A stretch of 63,207 bases of DNA, the filler included, from Octopus bimaculoides (Eukaryota): the NCBI RefSeq assembly GCF_001194135.2. It is 6 parts of 6 records of this genome, joined end to end, with 100 filler letters (N's around TTAATTAATTAA, not from the genome) between each part and the next. Parts side by side here need not be neighbours in the genome. Positions count along the whole stretch, not along the records: positions 41,128 to 54,856 come from NC_068991.1; positions 54,957 to 56,304 come from NC_068994.1; positions 56,405 to 60,117 come from NC_068989.1; positions 60,218 to 63,207 come from NC_068990.1; 2 more parts are not named here. One strand, written 5' to 3'. The position numbers and the translations under genes are program-made. The notes under the pieces are model-generated. The model did no database searches. It was not told the DNA's origin and saw only the letters and a list, made by a program, of their open reading frames with translations. Positions 52,875 to 63,207 of the stretch are shown here, one piece after another (position 1 is the stretch's first letter; the number at the start of each line of letters is the position of its first letter).

Positions 52875-54100
52875 GACAGGCTTCCTTCTTCTGTATGTTC
52901 CAAAGCTTTAAGGCGTCAACTTTAAACGTAGACACAATGTAAGTTAGACCAGGTGAGATTGCAGAAATGCTGGAGCAGAGATGTGTGGATGTTTGCTGTA
53001 TACAAGAGGTAAGATGGAAAGGATCCTCAGCCAAATACCTCGCGAGTAAGAGACAACAATTAAAACTCTTTTAGGTGATCGATAGTAACAGTAGATGTAG
53101 GGATAGGCATATTTTTAGCTGAAAGATGGATTGGTAAAGTAACTGAGGTAGCTAGGGTATGCGATAGGATAGTTGACCTGAGGCTAATTATTAGCAATAT
53201 AATAGAAATTTACATCTCAGCATATGTTCCAAAGGCATGAATGACAAGAACAGAGGCACCGCTTCTATGATACTCTCCTACAGACTACTTCAACAACGAG
53301 TGACAGCGACCTCGTTATCGTGGCTGGTGACTTCAACGGTCATGTTGCTCAACAGGCTGACGGATTCCATGACATACATGGAGTCTATAGTTATGGTTCA
53401 AGGGATGCAAGGTTTCTGAAATTCTACGGTGCAACTGATCTAACAATTTGCTAGACACACTTTAAGAAACTGGCTAACTACCTCATCACCATCTAGCGAA
53501 TACCCAAACTGAACAAATTTCATTCTCATTAGGAGACGAAATATAAGGGCTACTGTGAATGCAAAAGCCTTTTCCGGCGAAGAATGCACTACATAACATT
53601 GGTTAGGGGCGAGTGACATCAGACACAGAAATGAAAGACAGTATAGAGAAGGAAGGCATGGAAACTAAAAGATCACACTATCAGGGATAGAGAAATTCTA
53701 ACTGATGCATATGGCAATAGGGTAAATTTAAATACCTGTAGCATAGATGACTGAAGCAAAGTCCTAGCCAAGTCAAAAGTAACATGGGTGAAAGGGCAGT
53801 TAAGGCTAAGAGATAGGCTTGAAAAACTTGAAAGGGATAGTAGGGAGCATAACCTAATGACTGGAAGGGTATTTAGGAGACAGGTGTACTTGCAGAAAAG
53901 AAAAGATTTGCATGTGTCCTGCAACGTGAGGGTCAGAGGCGATAAGTATTTAGGATCGGTAGACAGTATGTGTGAGAGAATCGAGATGTCATTGATGAAA
54001 ACCATATTCGGAATGATGAAAGTATATTTGCCGGTGATATAGAAGAAAAGTAATTGGCATGAAAATGCTACTACGAGAAGCTGCTGACCATGGAGAACAG
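52875..54100 (+). mobile_element. Decayed RTE LINE 5' fragment (APE endonuclease)
   Basis: EIAEMLEQRCVDVCCIQEVRWKG and VAGDFNGHV motifs, ending near YEKLLTMEN. Confidence 0.85.
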
Positions 54101-54110
54101 CAATTTAAAT

Positions 54111-54347
54111 AAATGCTCATATACACATCTTTATACGCACATACACATACAGACGCGGATATACAGAACGTAGTCTATACGCACATGCACATACATACGC
54201 GTATGTATGTTTGTGGGGAGGGTGCGCATATGTATTTATTTCTATTTACGTCTATCCGCGTATGCATGTACATGTGCGTATAGACTACGTTTTGTATATC
54301 CGCGTCTGTATGTGTATGTGCGTATAGAGATGTGTATATGAGCATTT
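54111..54347. repeat. 91-bp inverted repeat with 55-nt loop
   Basis: 54111-54201 versus 54257-54347 shows 4 mismatches, all transitions. Confidence 0.92.
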
Positions 54348-54965
54348 TGATGCGTGTGTTTTTACGTATGTGTTTTTATTTGTGTATACGTTTTCCGCGT
54401 ATGTTTATGCATATGCGTATAAACCACGTTTTGTATATCCGCGTATGTATGTGTGTGTGCATGTGGAGATGTATATATGAGCGTAGTGATGCGTGCATGA
54501 GTATATTTGCGTGTGTATGTGCGTGTATACGTAGACATATATATATGTGTGTTTGTATGTATATGTACACGCGTGTGTGAGTATGTATATAGATATATAT
54601 ATATATGCATACATGTGTGTGCGTACATGTACGTGTGTGTATATGTGTGCATATGCGGATTCTATGAATGAAGTATTATTTTCACCATGCCTATTGGAGT
54701 AATTTCCCTTTATCTAACGGTTTTCTTTTTCATACCGTTTTGTCTTAATAGCTGATGAGATGCCTGAGCGGACTTTATCCCCGGTATTCGAACCTCTGAG
54801 TTTTATTATGACAGCCAACTAGTTGTTACATATATATATATATATATATATATATANNNNNNNNNNNNNNNNNNNNNNNNNNNNNNNNNNNNNNNNNNNN
54901 TTAATTAATTAANNNNNNNNNNNNNNNNNNNNNNNNNNNNNNNNNNNNNNNNNNNNCACACACGC

Positions 54966-55016
<51 letters not shown>

Positions 55017-55799
55017 TGTATGTACATGTGTGTTTGAGTGAGTGTGTGAGTACAAAATGATTAGCACTCAATACATACAGTAAATTTTATTCATTCATTT
55101 GAAAGCTGATGATTTATTCCACTGCCGTTCTGAGTTCCCTGCCACTTTAACGTTCTTGAAAGTTAATGTTGGATGATATTAGTTCTAACATTCACGCGAC
55201 TACGTCCAGTCGTCAGTTAATCGGATGTAGAATCTTGGCCAGAATTACTGATAATCTGAGACTTTTGTTACCTGCAGCTTAAATGTGTGGGCTTTATTCT
55301 ATCTCAGTGTTATATGCAGTCGTTCATAGTTCATTGTTTGTCAACTGTTGGTCAGTTGTTGCTTTATCTCAAGTGAGCTTTAACTGAACAGGCCTATGGT
55401 CGACGGTGTTCCAGTCACGACTATTCTGATGTTTATTGAGACATAATTTATAAGATTTCATTATTTAACGTGTGAATTCCATTTAAAGGAGATAGGTGTG
55501 GTTTTATAGAGATTTAAAAGCTATTTATGGCAGTTTAAACAACCGCATACAAGATCAGCCTGGAAGCTAACCGAAGTTTACTGCAATAGATGTTTACTGT
55601 GTGGTTTTAAAAGCGCCAGGTTTTGCTACATGTAGGACATTATTTAATTTGTAATTAGAAGACTATCTATGTCTCGCGTTGAACATGTTAAAATAATACA
55701 TTAAGACGTTATATTCCAGATAAAGTATATGTATAAAGGGATTGTAGTTTCAATAATGTTATAAAGGCATTTTTGATTTTCTTCTCTTTCTGTTTCCAG

Positions 55800-56085
55800 A
55801 TGGACTGTGACAATGAAGTGGAAATTTCATTTTCTAAATGAGGAAGATATATGTCTGTTGCGCGTGCCTGCTCCCAAGTATGTTTTCCGCAAACACATTT
55901 TGTTTCTCTCATTAACATCTACGGACGGTGTTTTTAAGCGACATAGGAATTCTTTGGTACAGAAGTATGTAGCATTGCAAGTTATTTCCTACAAATCATC
56001 CCAGATTGAACAGTCTGGTGATCAAATTCATTCCATCTGTGACGATCTAGTTTTATTTGCTTTGGCATTATGTACCTCAGATTGA
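55800..56085 (+). CDS. Candidate exon (WTVTMKWKFHFLNEEDICLLRVPAPKY...), phase 2
   Basis: Very strong acceptor TTTCTTCTCTTTCTGTTTCCAG and about 95 open codons. Internal GTATGT donors could end it earlier, and it could also be a UTR exon. Confidence 0.3.
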
Positions 56086-58364
56086 ACTATCCACTATATC
56101 TACTAATCTCATTGTTTTTTTAAAGACAGTCGGGTGTGATTTGAGAGAAATATAGTTAATATATCTAGCAGGTAGGACAACGATGTAGAGGCTTTCATAG
56201 GGACTTGGGATACCTCGTTACTGTAGTTACTGTAACGCATACTATATATATGTATTATTTTTGTATATGAATATGTGTGTATATGTATATATATATATAT
56301 ATATNNNNNNNNNNNNNNNNNNNNNNNNNNNNNNNNNNNNNNNNNNNNTTAATTAATTAANNNNNNNNNNNNNNNNNNNNNNNNNNNNNNNNNNNNNNNN
56401 NNNNTATATATATATATATATATATGGATCTTAGATGGATCTACCCAAGGTGCCATGCAGTGGTAATGAGCCCCAGACCATATGATTCAGAAGCTAACTT
56501 CATGAACAAACAACCGTGCCTTCAACTGTATATATATATATCAATGGATTTGATAGTAGTAAATATTAGGTTAATAAACAGACCATACAGGGATATATAA
56601 ATTGTTTCCTTTAATTTTAATGATAACTTTAATATTAGCTCGAAATTATATTATTCTTACAGAACAAAATTTTGAAGTCCAATACACGATAAATTGAGTT
56701 TTGTTGTTTGCTTCTTTCATTATTTTGTAAATTAACTGAGATAACGAATGATTAAATATTATGTGCAGTGTGCAGGAATAGAAGAATGATTGGATAAAAA
56801 CACAACGAATTGGAAATATTGATTAATCAGAAAAATTGTGTTATCTCTGCCTAGAGAGGTCGAGAATAACCAAATATCAAATCAGACATGCAGCAAACCC
56901 AGCAAAATTGAAATTATCTATTTACAATCTCATCCCCCACCCCACAAAAACGTTGCAACAGAAGCACGGCTATTGTCTACCATATTTTTTGAGAATATAA
57001 GAATGAAAATTTAAGAACGATATGGTTGTAAACAAAAGGAAAACTACTGATAAGGAAAAGTGAAAACTCGTTAGAGAAAATTAAAGTCGACCGCTCAGTC
57101 GTTAATTCAATAAGTAGTTTGAAAGAAAAGTCGTTCTTTCTTTTCTCTCTCCCTCTCTTTCACGCTCACTTTCTCCTCTTTTTCTCTTTCTCTCTTTCCC
57201 ACTGCCTGTCTCTCTCACTCGCTCTCTCCATGCGTATATATACATGCATATGTATATATTCATACACATAATTTAACTGTGGTTTGAACTTTTTGACTGT
57301 TAAGGCTCACCTCTTTGTACTTAAAAATACACTAATCTTTATATACATACACACATATATATATATACGTACACACACACATATACATATTTATATATAT
57401 ATGTAATATATATATATATATGTACACATTTATGTATGTATATGTACATATATAAATGTGTACATACATATACGTATATATACATATATCGTCGTGACAC
57501 TCCGGTTACAACGACGAGGGTTCCAGTTCATCCGATCAACTGCNNNNNNNNNNNNNNNNNNNNNNNNNNNNNNNNNNNNNNNNNNNNNNNNNNNNNNNNN
57601 NNNNNNNNNNNNNNNNNNNNNNNNNNNNNNNNNNNNNNNNNNNNNNNNNNNNNNNNNNNNNNNNNNNNNNNNNNNNNNNNNNNNNNNNNNNNNNNNNNNN
57701 NNNNNNNNNNNNNNNNNNNNNNNNNNNNNNNNNNNNNNNNNNNNNNNNNNNNNNNNNNNNNNNNNNNNNNNNNNNNNNNNNNNNNNNNNNNNNNNNNNNN
57801 NNNNNNNNNNNNNNNNNNNNNNNNNNNNNNNNNNNNNNNNNNNNNNNNNNNNNNNNNNNNNNNNNNNNNNNNNNNNNNNNNNNNNNNNNNNNNNNNNNNN
57901 NNNNNNNNNNNNNNNNNNNNNNNNNNNNNNNNNNNNNNNNNNNNNNNNNNNNNNNNNNNNNNNNNNNNNNNNNNNNNNNNNNNNNNNNNNNNNNNNNNNN
58001 NNNNNTTATGTTTTATTTATATTCCTGCAGAACTAATGTGGGGTATAGAATATGGAATATACAATATATAATATAATATGATATACAATATACAATATAA
58101 AATATAAAATAAAATAAAATAAAAATGGATGGCACCATGAAAGAAAGTATTGAATGTAGATGAAATATTGAGTGTTCAATATAAAGGATCAAATATATAA
58201 ATATATAAATATAAATATATATATATAAAGGCGACTCGAGTTTCAGGGCTATTTCCCTTCGTCATGGCCGGTATGACAGACTTTATATATATATATATGT
58301 ACACATTTATGTATGTATATGTACATATATAAATGTGTACATACATATACGTATATATACATAT

Positions 58365-58740
58365 ATCGTCGTGACACTCCGGTTACAACGACGAGGGTTC
58401 CAGTTCATCCGATCAACTGCTCGTGAAATTAACGTGCAAATGGTTGAGCACTCCACAGGCACGTGTACTCTTAACGTAGCTCTCGGGGAGATTGAGCGTG
58501 ACACAGAGTGTGACAAAGATGGTCCTTTGTAATACAGGCACAACAGAAACAGGAAGAAAGAGTGAGAGAAAGTTGTGGTGAAAGAGTACTGCAGAGTTCG
58601 CCACCACCCCCTCGTGGAGCCTCGTGGGGTTTCAGGTGTTTTCGCTCAATAAACACTTTTAAAGCCCGGTCAGGGAATCGAAACCGCGATCCTACCACCG
58701 TGAGTCCGCAGCCCTATCCACTGGGCCATTGCGCCTCCAC
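58365..58740 (-). mobile_element. tRNA-derived SINE (family A)
   Basis: Homologous to 28210-28590 and 36960-37400. Confidence 0.9.
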
Positions 58741-58919
58741 CTTAAGGAGCAGTTCGTCGGTTACGACGACGAAGGTCCAAACTGATACGATCAATTAACG
58801 TGATTCGGGCCCTTTGAAATACAGGTACTACTCATTTTTGCCAGCTGAGTGGACTGGAGCAACGTGAAATAAAGTGTCTTGCTCAAGGACACAACGCATC
58901 ACCGGATATTGAACTCATG

Positions 58920-59990
58920 ACCTGAGGAACGTGTGTGTATGTGTTTCTATATCTGTGTTTGTACCCCACCATCACTTGACAACCAACTGATGTAGGTGTA
59001 TTTACGTCCCTGTAACTTTGCAGTTCGGGTAAGGAAACCGAGAGAATAAGTACTAGGCTTACAAAGAATATGTCCTGGGGTTGGTTTGTTCGACTGAAGG
59101 CAGTGCTCCAGCATGACTCCAGTCACATGACTGAAACAAATAAAAGAACGAAAGAATGAGCGTGGATGAGTGGCACCTTGGGCAAGTGTCTTCTACTGTA
59201 GCTTCGGACCGACCAAAGCTTTGTGAGTGGATTTGGTAGACGAAAACTGAAAGAAGCCCGTCATATATGTATATATATGTATATATGTGTATGTGTGCAT
59301 GTGTTTGTGTCTGTGTTTGTCTCCCACCATCACTTGACAACCGATGCTGGTGTGTTTACATCTCCGTAACTTAGCGGTTCGGCAAAGAAATAGATAGAAT
59401 AAGTACTAGGCTTACAAAGAATAAGTCCTGGGGTCGATTTCTTCGACTAAAAGCGGTTCTCCAGTATAACCACAGTCAAATGATTCAAACAAATAAAAGA
59501 GGTGCACCGGCATGACCGCAGCCACTTGGCTGAAACACATAAATAAATAAATAAATAAATAAATAAATATAGGCGTAGGAATGTCTGTGTGACACCTTGG
59601 GCAAGTGTCTTCTACTATAGNNNNNNNNNNNNNNNNNNNNNNNNNNNNNNNNNNNNNNNNNNNNNNNNNNNNNNNNNNNNNNNNNNNNNNNNNNNNNNNN
59701 NNNNNNNNNNNNNNNNNNNNNNNNNNNNNNNNNNNNNNNNNNNNNNNNNNNNNNNNNNNNNNNNNNNNNNNNNNNNNNNNNNNNNNNNNNNNNNNNTTGT
59801 GTCTGTGTTTGTCTCCCACCATCACTTGACAACCGATGCTGGTGTGTTTACATCTCCGTAACTTAGCGGTTCGGCAAAGAAATAGATAGAATAAGTACTA
59901 GGCTTACAAAGAATAAGTCCTGGGGTCGATTTGCTCGACTAAAGGCAGTGCTCCAGCATGGCCGCAGTCAAATGACTGAAAGAAGAAAAG
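58920..59990 (+). mobile_element. Cluster of family B SINE copies (partly duplicated around a gap)
   Basis: Repeated ACTTGACAACC...AGAATAAGTACTAGGCTTACAAAGAATA blocks. Confidence 0.85.
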
Positions 59991-60076
59991 GAGTAAAGTA
60001 GTAAAGGAGTATTTATATATTTGTGTGCGTGTGTATATATGTATATATATGTATATGTGTATGTATATATATACAT

Positions 60077-60117
<41 letters not shown>

Positions 60118-60937
60118 NNNNNNNNNNNNNNNNNNNNNNNNNNNNNNNNNNNNNNNNNNNNTTAATTAATTAANNNNNNNNNNNNNNNNNNNNNNNNNNN
60201 NNNNNNNNNNNNNNNNNATATATAATTTTATTATATGTATTTATTTTCTCCTAATTAATAAATAACTCGGACAAAATAAATTGGTTAATAGATACCAGGG
60301 TAGCAAAGATCACAAAATAACTGTGGTGTAACTCCTGTTTATGAGGTAGAAACTCCTTGATATTTTGGGTACTTGAGTATATATAAGTTTAATGAATGGA
60401 GTAAAACGCATATGTTAACTGCATACTTTTATTTCCAACATATGTTTCGAAGATTACAAATTATACCTTCCATAGGAATCGGCGATGTTAAAAATGCAAT
60501 CTTCTCTTCAGGGAAATGCATGGGAATCAGCTTAAACGTAAGACATTTTAACCGAATATGAGAAATATAGTTGGAGAAGGTTATTACGTAATTTATTTGA
60601 AAAAACCGTTGGAGATTAGGACGCTACCAGATAGTACGTTGGACAAGAAGGAAAGAAAAGAAGGACAGAAAAAAGAAAAAAAAGAAAGAAAATTCAGAGT
60701 ATAAAGTTGGGAGATAATAAGATGATTTAAATCCGATAAAAATTGGAGAGGAATGTTATGTAAAAAATGTGATCGTAAAAGGGAGTTAATCTTGTATTTC
60801 TACAATAAATGCTGAGAAAAATGTATATAATCATATATACTCATGTATACACGCATATATACACACATACATACTCACACACAAACATACATATACTCGA
60901 ATAAATACATATATGCAGACATGTATACACATACGTA

Positions 60938-61005
<68 letters not shown>

Positions 61006-61770
61006 AATATATATATACATATGCATACACACACACACACACACATACACACACACATATGCATATATACAAACATAAACATATACATACATAAACATAC
61101 ATACATCCAACCAAACATATATACACACATGTCCATATATATTTATTATTAATAACAACAAATATATACAAACATATATAGTTTCATACAAAAACATGAA
61201 TGTACACACACACACACAGATACATATGTACATACAAACACACATACACATACATTCGCACACACATATATATGTGTATATGTTGTTACATGTATGTAAA
61301 TAGATACGCATACGCAATAGTATACACTCCTTAGTACGAATATACATACGGTAGTTGTGTGGTAATTAATAACAAAGCAGAGGGATATTTATCGGAAGGT
61401 GATTCTTATATTAGTGAATGAGATATTAAATGATTGATAATTAATTAATAAATAATAAAGTCAATGGGTGGTCTATTAATCTACATAAATGGATTATTTA
61501 ATTAATTTAGATGTAAAAAAAGTTGGGCTGAAGTAGGGGTTGAATGAGTAAAGATTGCTTAAGAAGAAAAAGTTAATATTATTCACAACTTATTGGGTAT
61601 TCCTAAAAACAAGATCGTGTGTAAGACAGTTCGGTAACGGGGGCCACAGTATTTTCTTAACGAAACACTTTGAAACTTGGAACACTGATAGAATGTGTCA
61701 TATAAAACATCTTTTTCTCTTAGTCTTCTTAAAAAAAAAAGAAGAAATCCCTAAGTTATTCCATGTTAAA

Positions 61771-62132
61771 GTTGTCGTATTTCTGTAATTTCAACCAATC
61801 ACTGACGTCCATTCAGCCGATATACATTAAGTGCCGACTACATAAACAAACGATTCTGAAACAATTCTATCGGTGATAAAATTATTATTTCCTTGTCAAA
61901 AAATGGCTGAAGCATATTGGCAGTAGCTAATAAACCTTTCTATTATAGGCTAACCCTAACCCTAACCCTAACCGTAGGGTTAGGGTTAGGGTTANNNNNN
62001 NNNNGAAAAAAAGCAAATAAAACGAAGCTATGGAGATTAAATACGCTTTACACCGCTTAATCAGCCAAAGGAGTAAATGTAAACAACTGAATACTTGTCA
62101 GTGATTGGTTGAAATTATCGAAATAAGACAAT
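61771..62132. mobile_element. MITE-like element with about 35-bp inverted ends and a central telomeric-repeat palindrome
   Basis: ATTTCAACCAATCACTGAC / GTCAGTGATTGGTTGAAAT inverted; (CCCTAA)n-(TTAGGG)n at 61951-61994. Confidence 0.65.
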
Positions 62133-62169
62133 TTTTTAATAAAAAATAACAACTAATTAATCAATAATG

Positions 62170-63207
62170 TATTCACCCTTGTTGTTTGCAACTTCGTCCC
62201 AACGTTCAACAAGATTTTCAATACCTCGTTGGTAGAAAACACCCGATTTCGACTCGAAAAATTGATCCAACTAAGCTCTCAATTCTGCATCAGTATTGAA
62301 CAAACTCTGCGCATAGCATTTGAAAGAGATCGAAAAAGGTGGAAATCCGTTGGTGCCAAATCAGGAGAGTACGGCGGGTGTGGCAGCACTTCCTAGCCAT
62401 GCGTTTGAATGGCTTCCTTGGTCATATTGGCGATATGAGGGCGGGTGTTGTCGTGCAGCAGAAGAACTCCATGCTGAAGATTAGGTCTTTTCTTTTGAAT
62501 AGCCGTGTTGAGTCGCTCCATCTGTTGAACATAGAGTTCCGCGTTGACAGTTTGGTTCTGTTCGAGCAATTCGTAATGGATAATCCCTTCCCAGTCCCAC
62601 CATACGCACAACATCGTTACGCGGATGAAGGTCATGTTTCTCGCGCGGTGTCGCTTGTTTATCAGGGTTAGCCATTCCTTACGCTGCTTCATATTGATGT
62701 ACAGGCACCATTTTTCGTCGCCAGTAACGATTCTGTAAAGAAATCGTTGCTTGTGTCCATGAGTTGAGCGGTGACGAGCAAGCAACTAGTGAAGATCGTG
62801 GAGATTTTTGTTGTTGTCACTTAAAGCATGCGGAACTCATGCTCCATATTTCTGAACCTCTCCCATCGAGTGAAGATGCTTCTCTATAGCAGTGTGGGAG
62901 TATTCCATTTACTCTGCCAGTTCCCTTGTCGTTTGACGAGATTTTCGTGCAAAAGTTGGTTTAATCGCTCTTCATCGAACTTAACTGGACCGCCAGGTCT
63001 AAATTTCCCTTTTTGAACTTGGCATGCCGATCAGCTATGTCACCCTCTCCATACACAGCACAAATGTCGCGAGCAGCTTTTGCGGCCTTAGAACCTTGAT
63101 TAAAAGCGAAAAGAAGGAGGTGTCGAAAATGCTCGTTTTTCTTAACTTGACATTCCATTTTAATGATCTGAAAATAAACAAAACTTAACTAAAATTAACT
63201 AGAAAAA
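62170..63207 (-). mobile_element. Decayed mariner transposon (DD34D), 5' end beyond the window
   Basis: MECQVKKNEHFRHLLLFAFNQGSKAAKAARDICAVYG, IVTGDEKW, MLCVWWDWEGIIHYELL and LLHDNTRPH motifs. Confidence 0.93.

Overview
AT-rich eukaryotic draft-assembly DNA, most likely octopus. That assignment is my recognition of the SINE and RTE families and of the N-TTAATTAATTAA-N gap fillers, not a database result. Most of the window is microsatellite, N gaps and decayed transposons: RTE LINEs, a Penelope-like GIY-YIG fragment, Tc1, mariner, maT/DD37D, hAT MITEs and tRNA-derived SINEs. There is no intact long ORF and no prokaryotic, CRISPR or rRNA feature. Nearly all ORFs in the supplied track are microsatellite or gap artefacts, or transposon remnants. 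Reading splice signals by eye gives two candidate interleaved intron-rich genes that I cannot name. (1) A plus-strand chain of phase-compatible small exons (2347-27598, about 209 aa). Its last exon carries a consensus donor 35 nt after two in-frame TGA codons spaced UxxU. (2) A minus-strand chain (35677-25084) with a ZP-domain-like Cys pattern. Other notable items are long fold-back hairpins (46226-46756, 54111-54347), an RTE remnant ending in three tandem C2H2 fingers, an RTE with a PHD finger inside its RT, and an inverted telomeric repeat inside a MITE-like element. All exon models are hand-built hypotheses that need RNA-seq.
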